From positions 21,239 to 85,238 of the forward strand of contig JAWWPC010000076.1 of assembly GCA_033851055.1 (NCBI GenBank): a DNA stretch of 64,000 nt, read 5' to 3'. The translations under genes and the position numbers were made by a program. Of this stretch, positions 11,335-21,070 are shown piece by piece. The DNA is from Kribbellaceae bacterium (lineage in GTDB: Bacteria > Actinomycetota > Actinomycetes > Propionibacteriales > Kribbellaceae). The notes beneath the pieces are model-generated. The model was not told where the DNA came from and searched no databases. It saw only the letters and a program-made list of their open reading frames with translations. Position 1 is the first letter of the stretch; every line of letters starts with the position of its first letter.

Positions 11335-11967
11335 ATGTCCACCACGCGATTGCTGTTGCTTGGCGTCGTCCGGATCTTCCAGCCGGCGTACGGCTACCAG
11401 TTGCGGCGCGAGCTGATGACCTGGAACGTGCAGGTCTGGGCGAACATCAACCCCGGCTCGATCTACACAGGTCTGCGCACGCTGGCCAAGCACGGATACC
11501 TGCAGGAGATCTCCGGGGACGCCGGGAACAAGCCGGGCCGTACGTCGTACCAGCTGACGATGGACGGCGAGAGCGAGTACTTCACCCTGCTGCGGGCCGC
11601 TTTGTGGACCGTGCAGGGATTCCGGCCCGACGAGATGCAGGCCGCGCTCAGCTTCTTGGGGTCGCTGCGGCGCGACGAGGTGATCGCAGGGCTGGAGTCC
11701 CGGATCGCCCAGCTGGAGGCGATGGCCAAATCGCAGCCCTTCGCCGAGCGACAGATCGTCGAGGATCCGGGCACACCGAACCACGTGGTCGAGATGCTGC
11801 GGATCGCCGCTGCTCGCGATCACGGTGAGCTCGAGTGGACCCGGGGCTTCCTCGAGCGGGTGCGAGACGGCGCCTACACCTTCGCGGGCGAGGCGCCGGA
11901 CTGGACTCCACCCCCCGGTGCCATCTCGCACTGGAGCACCATCCCGGATCCGCCCGAACCGGCCTGA
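11335..11967 (+). CDS. PadR-family transcriptional regulator
   Basis: YGYQLRREL...NPGSIY..L..L winged helix; TACACT -10 six nt before ATG suggests a leaderless mRNA. Confidence 0.92.
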   Translation: MSTTRLLLLGVVRIFQPAYGYQLRRELMTWNVQVWANINPGSIYTGLRTLAKHGYLQEISGDAGNKPGRTSYQLTMDGESEYFTLLRAALWTVQGFRPDEMQAALSFLGSLRRDEVIAGLESRIAQLEAMAKSQPFAERQIVEDPGTPNHVVEMLRIAAARDHGELEWTRGFLERVRDGAYTFAGEAPDWTPPPGAISHWSTIPDPPEPA

Positions 11968-11982
11968 TCCAGAATTTAATCT

Positions 11983-12000
11983 ACATTGACTAGTCAATGT
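11983..12000. promoter_or_regulatory. Perfect 18-bp palindrome ACATTGACTAGTCAATGT, probable PadR operator over a TTGACT -35
   Basis: Exact palindrome between padR and the ABC genes. Confidence 0.75.
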
Positions 12001-12022
12001 TGAATCCCTCAAACTGACCGGC

Positions 12023-13051
12023 ATGATGATCGAAGCTCGCGGACTCGTCCGCACCTTCAAGACCAAGCGCGGCCCGGTGCACGCCGTGCAGGGGGTAGAC
12101 CTGTATGTGGCCGACGGGGAGATCGTCGGCTTCCTCGGCCCGAACGGGGCCGGCAAGACCACCACGATGCGGATGCTGGCGACGCTGATCACGCCGACCA
12201 GCGGCTCGGCCACCGTTGCCGGCTGCGACCTGGCGAAGGACCCGGTCGGCGTCCGCCGCAGGATCGGCTACGTGCCACAGAGCGGTTCCACCCTGCCGGA
12301 GGCGATCGCCGGCGACGAGGTGGTCGACCACGCGCGGCTGTATGGGGTGGACAAGCGGTCGGCGATCGCGAGCGGCCGGCGGCTGTTCGACGAACTGGAC
12401 CTGCCCGGCCTGTGGAAGCGGCAGTGCAAGACCCTGTCGGGCGGTCAGCGCCGCCGCCTCGACATCGTGATGGGGCTGGTCCACGACCCCAGGCTGATCT
12501 TTCTGGACGAGCCGACCACCGGGCTCGACCCACAGGCGCGGGCGAACCTATGGGAGCACATCCGGACATTGAGGCGCGGCGGCGCCACCATCTTCCTGAC
12601 CACGCACTACCTGGACGAGGCGGACGCGTTGTGCGACCGGATCCTGGTGATCGATCACGGCAAGATCGTCGCCGCCGGTACGCCGGAGGCGCTGAAGCAG
12701 CAGGTCTCCGGCGACGGGGTCCGGCTCAGCCTCGCCGACGCGTCACAGGCGACGGCGGTGACCAAGATCGTCCAGGAGCTGGATGGTGCCAGCTCCTTCG
12801 AGACCGACGGTGATGTGGTCGGTTTCCGGATCCCGAAGGGTGGTTCGGTGCTCCCCGGGCTGCTCCGCAGCATCGATGCCCAGAGCATCGAACTGAACGG
12901 CGTCGAGGTGCACCGCCCGACCCTGGACGACGTCTTCCTGACCATGACCGGGCGCTCGCTACGAGACGATTCGGACACCCCGCAGGACGCCAGTGACGCA
13001 GTGCCCCCAGTGACAGACGCCACCGAAACTGAGAAGGAGCCCGCCGCATGA
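12023..13051 (+). CDS. ABC exporter ATP-binding subunit (DrrA-like)
   Basis: GPNGAGKTT, LSGGQRRR, LDEPT, TTHY. Confidence 0.95.
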   Translation: MMIEARGLVRTFKTKRGPVHAVQGVDLYVADGEIVGFLGPNGAGKTTTMRMLATLITPTSGSATVAGCDLAKDPVGVRRRIGYVPQSGSTLPEAIAGDEVVDHARLYGVDKRSAIASGRRLFDELDLPGLWKRQCKTLSGGQRRRLDIVMGLVHDPRLIFLDEPTTGLDPQARANLWEHIRTLRRGGATIFLTTHYLDEADALCDRILVIDHGKIVAAGTPEALKQQVSGDGVRLSLADASQATAVTKIVQELDGASSFETDGDVVGFRIPKGGSVLPGLLRSIDAQSIELNGVEVHRPTLDDVFLTMTGRSLRDDSDTPQDASDAVPPVTDATETEKEPAA

Positions 13052-13812
13052 CCGTCCTCCGGGAGACCTGGATCGTCTTCAACCGGGCGATGCGGCTGTC
13101 GCTGCGCAACCCGATGTGGTCGATCCTGATGCTCAGCCAGCCGCTGCTGTACCTGTTCCTGTTCGGCCCGCTGCTGAAGCCGATCACCGCACAGATCAGC
13201 CAGGGCACGACCACCAACGCCTACCAGGTGTTCATCCCCGGCCTGATCGTCCAGCTCGGCATGTTCGGCGCGATGTTCGTCGGCTTCGGCCTGATCGCGG
13301 AGTACCGGGCCGGTGTGATCGAGGCCGACCGGGTCACCCCGGCGAGCCGGATCGCGCTGATGGCCGGCCGGGTACTCCGGGACGTGGTTGTCCTGGTGGT
13401 CCAGTCGATCCTGCTGCTGGTGGTCTCGATCCCGATGGGGCTGCGCGCGCCCTGGGGCGGCGTACTGCTGTCCCTCGTGATCGTGGCCCTGCTCGGCGCC
13501 ACCTTCGCTTCGCTGTCGTACTCGGTGGCACTCATCACCAAGAGCGAGGACGCGCTGGCCCCGCTGCTGAACGGCATCGCGATGCCATTGCTGCTGCTGT
13601 CCGGCATCTTGCTGCCGATGCAGATCGGCCCGACCTGGCTGCAGCGGCTGTCCGACATCAGCCCGCTGAAGCACGTGGTGACCGGGGTCCGCGCCCTGTT
13701 CCGCGGTGACATCAGCAGCAGTGCGTCGCTCTGGGGCCTGTTCTGGGTGGTACTGCTGACCGTCGTCGGCCTTGCCGTCGGCGCCCGCACCTTCCGGAAG
13801 GAATCCGCCTGA
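13048..13812 (+). CDS. ABC-2 type permease (DrrB-like)
   Basis: About six TM segments; ATGA overlap with the ATPase gene. Confidence 0.93.
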   Translation: MTVLRETWIVFNRAMRLSLRNPMWSILMLSQPLLYLFLFGPLLKPITAQISQGTTTNAYQVFIPGLIVQLGMFGAMFVGFGLIAEYRAGVIEADRVTPASRIALMAGRVLRDVVVLVVQSILLLVVSIPMGLRAPWGGVLLSLVIVALLGATFASLSYSVALITKSEDALAPLLNGIAMPLLLLSGILLPMQIGPTWLQRLSDISPLKHVVTGVRALFRGDISSSASLWGLFWVVLLTVVGLAVGARTFRKESA

Positions 13813-13830
13813 CCACTGCTGTTCACCACA

Positions 13831-15300
13831 GTGACGCCCGGCACGGTTAACCTTCCGGGTGTGCGTGCACTCTCGCCCCTCGCCCGGGGGCTGATCGGAT
13901 CCAGCCTCGTCGCGCTCGGCAGCCTCGTCACATCCGTGGTTCCGGCCTCGTCGTGGGTCGCCGTACTGCCGATTGCCAGCGACCTGCGGGCAACGCTGCC
14001 TGGCCGGATGACCGGGCTGACTCTGATGGTCGCCGGACTCGGCCTGATGGTCTGGGCCTGGCTGCTAGTCGGCAAGGAGGTACTGGCCGGGGTTCGGCAT
14101 CGCCTGCTCCCGATGACCGCCGCCTGGAGCGCACCGCTGTTGCTGATGCCGCCGCTGTTCAGCCGGGACGCCTGGAGCTATGCAGCACAGGGCGCACTCG
14201 TTGCGCATGGCTACGACCCGTACAGCGTCGGCCCGGGCGTGCTTACTGGGCCCGTGGTCTCGGCGGTCGACCCGATGTGGTTATGGACGCCTGCACCTTA
14301 CGGGCCACTGCCACTCGCGTACGGCGGGTTGGCGGCACGCCTGACGATGGATCCGTACTTGCTGATGCTGGCTCACAGGGCACTGGCGGTCCTGGGCTTC
14401 ATCCTGATCGCTGCGGCCATCCCGAAACTGGCGACGGCCTGCCGGGTGAATCCGGAGGTTGCAACCTGGCTGGTGGTGGCCAACCCGGTACTGATCACGC
14501 ATGGCCTCGGCGCAGCCCACAACGACGTACTGATGATCGGACTGGCTTGTTCCGCCTTTGCCTTGGCGTTGACCGGCCGGTGGGGAACAGCCGCGGTACT
14601 AGCCGGCGCGGCGGCCGCGGTGAAGTTGCCGGGCGGTCTGGTGGTAATCGCGATCGCTGCGGTGATGAGCCCGCTCGCCGGCCGGGCCCGGATCAGGCTT
14701 GCCAGTCTGGTGATCGCCGGTGCCATCGCGGTGCTGACGCTGGCCACTATCGGCGAACTAGCTGGTGTGGGCTCGGGCTGGCTGAGCGCACTCGGCGTAC
14801 CCGGCCTGGTCCGGTCTCCACTGTCGATCGCCAACTTGATCGGCCTCGGCGCATCTGGCGTACTCCAGTGGCTCGGAGAGGACACTGCGGCCAAGCAAGC
14901 GCTGCAGATAGTCCGGCTGCTCGGCATCCTCGCGGCCGTCGGGCTGATCGCCGTACTCGGGCTGCGCTCATCGATCCACCAGGCCGCGCGGGCGGTCGGG
15001 ATCGCTCTGCTGGCAGTAGTACTGCTCGGGCCGACTGCACACGACTGGTACTTCCTGTGGTGCCTGCCGTTCCTGGCCGTGGCCAGGCCAAGCCGCCGAC
15101 TGAGTACGGCTTTGATAGGCGTCAGCATCATCCTCACCGTCGCGGCCCCGCTGAACTCATCCCTACGCGGCGCAGTGATCCCGATCCTCGTCACCACGTC
15201 GCTAGTGCTCGTAGTAGTCGGCACTCTCCTGGGCCGCCTCCGCACCCTCCAACCCGCCCCACCCGCCAAGCCCAGAGCGATCGCCCCCGTCAGCGGCTGA
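13831..15300 (+). CDS. Polyprenol-phosphomannose-dependent GT-C mannosyltransferase (MptB-like); start may be GTG 13861
   Basis: PPLFSRDAWSYAAQG, TPAPYGPL, AHNDVLMIGL, AVK, WYFLW; polytopic membrane protein. Confidence 0.85.
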   Translation: MTPGTVNLPGVRALSPLARGLIGSSLVALGSLVTSVVPASSWVAVLPIASDLRATLPGRMTGLTLMVAGLGLMVWAWLLVGKEVLAGVRHRLLPMTAAWSAPLLLMPPLFSRDAWSYAAQGALVAHGYDPYSVGPGVLTGPVVSAVDPMWLWTPAPYGPLPLAYGGLAARLTMDPYLLMLAHRALAVLGFILIAAAIPKLATACRVNPEVATWLVVANPVLITHGLGAAHNDVLMIGLACSAFALALTGRWGTAAVLAGAAAAVKLPGGLVVIAIAAVMSPLAGRARIRLASLVIAGAIAVLTLATIGELAGVGSGWLSALGVPGLVRSPLSIANLIGLGASGVLQWLGEDTAAKQALQIVRLLGILAAVGLIAVLGLRSSIHQAARAVGIALLAVVLLGPTAHDWYFLWCLPFLAVARPSRRLSTALIGVSIILTVAAPLNSSLRGAVIPILVTTSLVLVVVGTLLGRLRTLQPAPPAKPRAIAPVSG

Positions 15301-15940
15301 GCTCGGGACGAACCGCGAGCGTTGCCGGCACACGGCTGGTCTTTTCGATGTGCACGCGAAGGAGCGGCGAAATCCGCCCAGCAGTCTCGAGGAGTTCAGC
15401 GTAGGCAGCATCGAGGTTCCGATTGTGGATCGGTTCGTGATGAGCGATCCGGTTGCGCAAGAGGCGAAGATCGTTCAAGTCTGAATGGAGACGCGTCCGG
15501 CGAACAGAGCCGTCGAAGGCCCGTTGCAAACATGGTTGCCAGAGTCGACGGTTGTATTCGTTGGCGAGCAGCGACCACCAGAATCCGAGCATTAGTTCGG
15601 CAATCACTTTGCCGTGAATCTCCGGACGGCCATCTCGGTTCGCGTTGGCCCGAGCCGAATTGATCTTGCGACGCGTGGGCGGCGTCAGTCTCACTACGGG
15701 GTCGACATACCAGGCTTTGGTCGCCCCCCGTTCGGCCGACCAACGACCGAGTTGCTGGTCCATGGCATTACGTAGGCCGATCTCGACATAGTGGAGCGAC
15801 TCGTAGAAGGCAGCACTGACCTGCGAGTTCCAGCCGTACAGCTCCAGTGCGGCCGCCGGATCACCGAACGTCGCATCGAGATAAGGCCTCAACCGCGACC
15901 GTGAGAGGAGGTCTTCGATGGACCAGGGCAGGCGTGACAC
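15290..15940 (-). CDS. Abi-like (Abi_2/AbiF-related) HEPN-domain protein
   Basis: LS..RL..Y, ALELY.WN, EIGLRNA, GFW..L, and R-x4-H HEPN motif LRNRIAHHEPI. Confidence 0.85.
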   Translation of the reverse strand: MSRLPWSIEDLLSRSRLRPYLDATFGDPAAALELYGWNSQVSAAFYESLHYVEIGLRNAMDQQLGRWSAERGATKAWYVDPVVRLTPPTRRKINSARANANRDGRPEIHGKVIAELMLGFWWSLLANEYNRRLWQPCLQRAFDGSVRRTRLHSDLNDLRLLRNRIAHHEPIHNRNLDAAYAELLETAGRISPLLRVHIEKTSRVPATLAVRPELSR

Positions 15941-15998
15941 TGTCGGTATTCCTGTTCATTAGTTGGCCGGTGTGGAGTTGATGACCTACGCTGGAGTC

Positions 15999-16064
15999 AA
16001 CGAGCGCCCCGGGAATCACGGTGTACCGGCTTCGGCCAGGGAACCCCCCCGGGGCCTTTCCTTT
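15999..16064 (+). ncRNA. Putative small structured RNA divergent from the Abi gene
   Basis: TTGGCC-N18-TACGCT promoter-like motif; GCCCCGGG/CCCGGGGC stem; GGC-TTCG-GCC cap; CTTTCCTTT tail; no ORF. Confidence 0.5.
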
Positions 16065-16148
16065 GCCCCGACATGGGCCCAACGACGACAGAGCGTAACC
16101 ATCACCGCCTGATCTCAGCGACTCAGCCGGCGCCAGATGTGGATAACT

Positions 16149-17209
16149 GGCTCCCCTGCCCTATCCGTGGGTCGCAACCTCGCGCTCCAGATCGACCGCT
16201 GGTCCCTCCCGCATCCGCGGACCCGGGCCTCGCGCAGGCCTCGCTTGCCCTAACCGCGCAGCCCACGCCCGCCCCACCCGCGACCACGCCCGCCCCACCG
16301 CCCGGCACCGACATTGCGGCTGAGGTCCGGCACCTGGCCAGGGGCACGCGCTACCCGCCGGGACACCCCGCACCGCCGCGCCGCGCAACCGGCCTCTTCG
16401 ATCCGGGCACACGGGATGGCCGTAACCGACTGGAAACCGTCGGACCGGACTGCTCGCCGCTGCAGCCTGCCGGCGGCTTCACGACCCACGACGAACACCA
16501 GCTCGATCGCCGCGGCCTCAAGGAAGAAGCCGAATTCTGTATCGGGGATGACCGATATATAGATGATCGCCGATACAGATTTCCGGCTGTCCTGACTGGT
16601 CCATGGGCCACCTCCAGCCCGCGACGACCCCGCCGGCGACCGCCGAGGGTGACCATGACCACGGCGATCAGGGCATCAGATGAGCGCGGAACCCGAACGC
16701 AACTCGGATGATCAGGCAGACCCTGGCGTTGGATCCGGGAGACCACGCAGACCCTTGGCGTTGGATTCGGGTGAACATCTTGGCGTCGACCCACTCGACA
16801 CGGCCAATGAACAGTCCATGCTCGACCGCGGCAACCGATCGAGGCACGCCCCTCCACCACGATGCGCCCCTTACAGACGGATCGAGGCACGCTCCTCCAC
16901 GACACGCCATTACAGCTCGACAAAGACCGCGATCCCCCAGCGCCGCACCCACCTAATCCAGAGTCTCGACAGCGCCAACGGCCGCGTCGCAAGGCAGCCG
17001 GAACACCACACATGCGCCACCAGCAGCCGCTCCCCCTCCACGAACTCGATCTCCCCGACCACAGCCCACCCGATCCGAGCAGGCTCCGCCATAAGAGCCA
17101 GCGTTCCGCACCTCGGCCTCCTGTTCCTCAACAGCTCAGAAACCTCGACAGGCAACGGCAAGCTCACATTCAGGCACACTCAAGCACCCACGGGAGAGTC
17201 AGAAGAGCC
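16149..17209. mobile_element. Non-autonomous ISL3-type element without transposase
   Basis: IRL GGCTCCCCTGCCCTATCCGTGGGT vs IRR (reverse complement) GGCTCTTCTGACTCTCCCGTGGGT, 17/24 match; direct repeat GGATAACT at 16141-16148 and 17210-17217. Confidence 0.8.
16716..16915 (+). repeat. Two pairs of imperfect tandem repeats inside the element
   Basis: GCAGACCC(T)TGGCGTTGGATYCGGG at 16716 and 16747; GATCGAGGCACGCYCCTCCAC...TTACAG at 16837 and 16880. Confidence 0.75.
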
Positions 17210-17227
17210 GGATAACTCCAGCGTCGT

Positions 17228-18880
17228 TTACGACTGGCTGAGGGCTTCGGCGACTGCGGCGGCTAGGTGGGCGTGGAGGTCGCGGTGGGTTGTGCGGTCG
17301 ACCCGGACCTCTACTACGTCTATGCCGGCCACTGTCCGATCGACGGCAGCACGGAGTTCGTCCTGCGTCTCTACCCGCTTGTAGGGGGTACCGGTGGCTG
17401 CGCACAGCGCGGCGAGATCTACGCCGTGGGGTGTCCCGAAAACGCGCTCGAAGTGTTCGGCATGCTCGCCGGCACCCTGCTCCAGTAACGAGAAGATGCC
17501 ACCACCGTCATCGTTGATCACCACGATGCGCAGGTCTGGCCGGGGCTCGGCCGGGCCGAGCACCAGCCCGTTCGAGTCGTGCAGGAAGGCCAGGTCACCT
17601 AGCAGTGCGTACGTCGCTCCGCCGTTGGCCAGGGCGGCACCGACAGCGGTCGACAGGGTGCCATCGATTCCCGCCAGACCGCGGTTGGCCACGGTACGGA
17701 TAGGCACCACCGGCGCCAGGTCCAGATCGCGGACCGGGTTCGACGACGCGACCACCAGCATCCCGTCGGCACCGATCGACTCGCCCACGATCGCAGCGAT
17801 CGCCGGTCCTGTCAGCCCTTCGGCCAGTACCTTGTCGATCGCAGGCCGGGCCAGCTCGGCCGCGTGCTGCCAGCGGGCCAGCCAGTCAGTGTCGTCTGTA
17901 CCAGTCACCTCCAGGCCGGCGACAACTTGGGCGGCACGGTGGCCGGCATCGGGCCAGAGCCCGGTCGGCGCTACAACTACTACCTCAACGTCGGCTCTCG
18001 ACAGAAGCTTAGAGATCGGCCGGGACAGCGTTGGGTGCCCGAACACCAGCACCCGTTCGATCTCCCCCACCAAGTCGGATGCCCCCAGCAACAACCGGTA
18101 CGCCGAGATGACGGATGCCCCGATGCGGGACCGGCTGGACGGCTCGGCGAACAACGGCCAACCACCCGCCTCAGCTGCCAGCCGGGCCGCCTGCGACGCA
18201 CCATCTCCGGCCACCACCACGGTCTTCGGCCCCGGCGCCACTGCCGACGGTTGCGCCGCCACCGCATGCACGCTCGTCCAGGGTCCGCTCCTGCCTGTCA
18301 GCGGCTCCGGCCAGTCGCCGTCAGCTTCAGTAGGCACTAGTGGCTCGACCAGCGCACAGTTGAGCTGCACTGGGCCCGGGTCGGCTGTCCTTGCGCCGAC
18401 TGCCACGGAGACGGCCCGGGCGACCTGCGACCGCCAGTAGGCCACTTGCCCGAGCTGCTTGGTCGGCGTACCGAACTCGTGGAACAGCCGGACGGCTCCG
18501 CCGAACACCTTGACTTGGTCGGTGGTCTGGTTGGCACCAGCTCCCCGCAGCTCCGGCGGACGGTCCGCGCTGAGCACGATCAGCGGCAGCCCGCTGTGCG
18601 AGGCCTCCAGTACCGCCGGGTGCAGGTTCACCACCGCCGTACCGGATGTCGTCACCACCGGCACCGGCAGCCCTGTCCCCCGGATCAATCCGATCGCCAG
18701 GAACCCGGCCGTGCGCTCGTCGATCCGCACGTGCAGCCTGAGCCGCCCCTCCCGATCGGCCGCCGCCAGCGCCAACGCCAACGGCGCACTCCGCGACCCC
18801 GGCGCCAGTACGGCTTCCCTGACACCTGATCGGATCAGCTCATCCACAACCACCGTCGCGAACGCCGTCGACGGATTCAT
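17228..18880 (-). CDS. menD: SEPHCHC synthase
   Basis: MNPST, PGSRSAPL, IDERTAGF, TTSGTA, NRGLAGIDG, GDLAFLHD, NDDGGGIF. Confidence 0.97.
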   Translation of the reverse strand: MNPSTAFATVVVDELIRSGVREAVLAPGSRSAPLALALAAADREGRLRLHVRIDERTAGFLAIGLIRGTGLPVPVVTTSGTAVVNLHPAVLEASHSGLPLIVLSADRPPELRGAGANQTTDQVKVFGGAVRLFHEFGTPTKQLGQVAYWRSQVARAVSVAVGARTADPGPVQLNCALVEPLVPTEADGDWPEPLTGRSGPWTSVHAVAAQPSAVAPGPKTVVVAGDGASQAARLAAEAGGWPLFAEPSSRSRIGASVISAYRLLLGASDLVGEIERVLVFGHPTLSRPISKLLSRADVEVVVVAPTGLWPDAGHRAAQVVAGLEVTGTDDTDWLARWQHAAELARPAIDKVLAEGLTGPAIAAIVGESIGADGMLVVASSNPVRDLDLAPVVPIRTVANRGLAGIDGTLSTAVGAALANGGATYALLGDLAFLHDSNGLVLGPAEPRPDLRIVVINDDGGGIFSLLEQGAGEHAEHFERVFGTPHGVDLAALCAATGTPYKRVETQDELRAAVDRTVAGIDVVEVRVDRTTHRDLHAHLAAAVAEALSQS

Positions 18881-18994
18881 TTCCGCCTGCGTTTGGGCTG
18901 AGGAAAGCGTGGACCGGGCCCGTATCGCACCGCAGTACCTCTCTTCTGCTCGGAGATTCGAATTGACTCCACCTCAAAGGATGATCAAAGGATG

Positions 18995-19927
18995 TCACCT
19001 GACCAACCTCTCGACCCGAGCAAGCCGGGCCTCCCAGGTAGCGGTTGTCACCGAGTTGGCCGTGGCAGCAGCCAACGCCACCGGGGCAGGTTGCGGGCGC
19101 ACGACCCGCAGAATGCCGTCTACTGGCAGCAGCGGGTCTGCGACTACCTCGGACATGAACATGGAGACAGTGGCGAGGCCGCAGGCGTAAGGGAGTTCCG
19201 GCAGGGCTGCAGCTAGCGCTACGCCGGCAGCGATGCCTATGGATGTCTCCAGCGCTGACGAGACCACTACTGGCAAGCCGATCTGCTCGGCGATCTCCAA
19301 GCAGGCTCGGACGCCTCCGATCGGCTGGACCTTCAACACCGCAATATCGGCGGCTTCGAGTTTCCGGACCAGTAGTGGGTCTTCAGCCCGCCGGATGGAC
19401 TCATCCGCAGCCACTAGTACTTCGGTACGCCGCCGGACAACAGCGAGGTCGTGCACCGAGGCACAGGGTTGCTCGACATACTCCAGGTCGAAGCGTGCCA
19501 ACTCCTTGAGATTCCGCACGGCTTCATCCACCGACCAGCCGCCATTGGCGTCGATCCGCACCCGTCCACCCGGCCCGAGAGCGTCCCTCACTGCTTCCAC
19601 CCGGGCTAAGTCGTCGGCCAGCGTCTGGCCCTGCTCCGCCACCTTGACCTTGGCAGTGCCACAACCAGACGCGCGCACGATCTCCGCAGATCTAGCAGGA
19701 TCGATCGCCGGCACCGTGCAGTTCACCGGTACGGCGTCCCGCACTGGCGCGGGCCATCCGTCGTTAGCGGCCTCGCGGGCAGCCCGGAGCCACGGCACAC
19801 AGGTGGCGTCGTCGTAGTCGAGGAACGGGCTCCACTCGGCCCAACCGGCCGGGCCCTCGAAAAGCATCCCCTCGCGCACGGTGATGCCGCGGAACTTGTT
19901 CTTCAGGCCGACCGAGTAGGTGATCAC
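18995..19927 (-). CDS. menC: o-succinylbenzoate synthase
   Basis: FRGITVREG, EWSPF, KVKVA, RIDANG, EQP, DESIR. Confidence 0.95.
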   Translation of the reverse strand: MITYSVGLKNKFRGITVREGMLFEGPAGWAEWSPFLDYDDATCVPWLRAAREAANDGWPAPVRDAVPVNCTVPAIDPARSAEIVRASGCGTAKVKVAEQGQTLADDLARVEAVRDALGPGGRVRIDANGGWSVDEAVRNLKELARFDLEYVEQPCASVHDLAVVRRRTEVLVAADESIRRAEDPLLVRKLEAADIAVLKVQPIGGVRACLEIAEQIGLPVVVSSALETSIGIAAGVALAAALPELPYACGLATVSMFMSEVVADPLLPVDGILRVVRPQPAPVALAAATANSVTTATWEARLARVERLVR

Positions 19928-21024
19928 CGGGCATCCTCAAGCAGCCGCTGCCGGTCGACCTTGCCCGACGCAAGCATCGGTAGGGCTTCCAACTCGACCA
20001 CCTCGCGTGGAGCCCAGGTACGCGGCAGCACCTCGGCGACGAAGTCCCGGAGTTCGTTCCGGTCGGGCCTACCGACGACGAAGGCGACGACTCGACTGCC
20101 CCACTCGGCGTCGGGCACGCCCAGCACCACAGCGTCGTCCACCTTCGGGTGTTCGAGCAGGCGGGCCTGGACCGCGGGCAGCGTGATGTTGACCCCGCCA
20201 GAGATGACCACGTCGTCCACGCGGCCGATCACCTGCAGCCGTCCATCGACGATGCGGCCGCGGTCCTGGGTCCGGAACCAGCCGTCGCGGAGCACCTCCG
20301 CGGTGAGCTCGGGCTGCAAGCGATAGCCGGAGAACAACGTCGGCCCACTGATCAGGATCCGCCCGTCATCGAGGCGTAGGTCGGTCCCGTCCAGCGGCTG
20401 GCCGGCGTACACGCAGCCACTGCCGGTCTCGGTCATCCCGTACGCCGGGACCGCGGAGACGCCGGCCGATCGCGCCCTCGCCTTCAGGTCAGACGGCATG
20501 GCGGCACCGCCGATCACGATCGCATCGAACGACCTGAGCGCCTCGGCCTCGGAGTCGAGCAGACGGGCCAACTGGGTGGGCACCATCGCGGTGTAGCGGC
20601 GGGCCGCGGTCATGGCAGCAGCTGCTGCGCTGAAGGTGCCATGGTCCGCGACGACGACCGGGGTGATACCGGCCAGCACCGACCGAGTGAGCACCTGCAG
20701 CCCACCGACGAAGTACGGGGCCATCGGCAGCATCCACTGACCGGGCCCGCCGAGCCGATCATGGGTGGCAGTTGCCGAGGCGATCAGGGCCGATCGGGAG
20801 AGCAGTACGCCCTTCGGTTCGCCCGAGGAACCGGAGGTGGTCAGTACAACCGCGCAGTCATCTCGCTCGAGGGGCTCGTCGGGTGCAGCGGCCTGTCTTA
20901 CCCGCTCGGCCTGGGCCGGATCACTCGGCACCAGCGCGAACGGCGTACCAGACCCGTCCAGAACGGCGGTCAGCGCAGACAGCGCGGCATCGGGGGTGGC
21001 AGGGACCAGCCGCAAGGTAGACAT
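19924..21024 (-). CDS. menE: o-succinylbenzoate-CoA ligase
   Basis: TTSGSSGEPKG AMP-binding motif, YGMTET, GRVDDVVISGG, SGKVDR; start taken at MSTLRL. Confidence 0.9.
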   Translation of the reverse strand: MSTLRLVPATPDAALSALTAVLDGSGTPFALVPSDPAQAERVRQAAAPDEPLERDDCAVVLTTSGSSGEPKGVLLSRSALIASATATHDRLGGPGQWMLPMAPYFVGGLQVLTRSVLAGITPVVVADHGTFSAAAAAMTAARRYTAMVPTQLARLLDSEAEALRSFDAIVIGGAAMPSDLKARARSAGVSAVPAYGMTETGSGCVYAGQPLDGTDLRLDDGRILISGPTLFSGYRLQPELTAEVLRDGWFRTQDRGRIVDGRLQVIGRVDDVVISGGVNITLPAVQARLLEHPKVDDAVVLGVPDAEWGSRVVAFVVGRPDRNELRDFVAEVLPRTWAPREVVELEALPMLASGKVDRQRLLEDAR

Positions 21025-21070
21025 GACCCTCCGAGCGTACGGCGCAGGTTGGCTGACAGAATCCCGGGTC

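Noticed and set aside
16716-16915. Short direct repeats that could suggest a CRISPR array
   Set aside because: Only two imperfect copies of each, almost no spacer and no cas genes; they are tandem duplications inside the IS-derived element.
16073-17384. ORFs of 212, 220 and 234 aa in the ORF track
   Set aside because: Pro/Arg/Ser-rich, no motifs, and two of them cross the element boundaries; spurious high-GC frames.
18881-18994. 114-bp AT-richer spacer between menC and menD
   Set aside because: No repeat, ORF or structure I can support.
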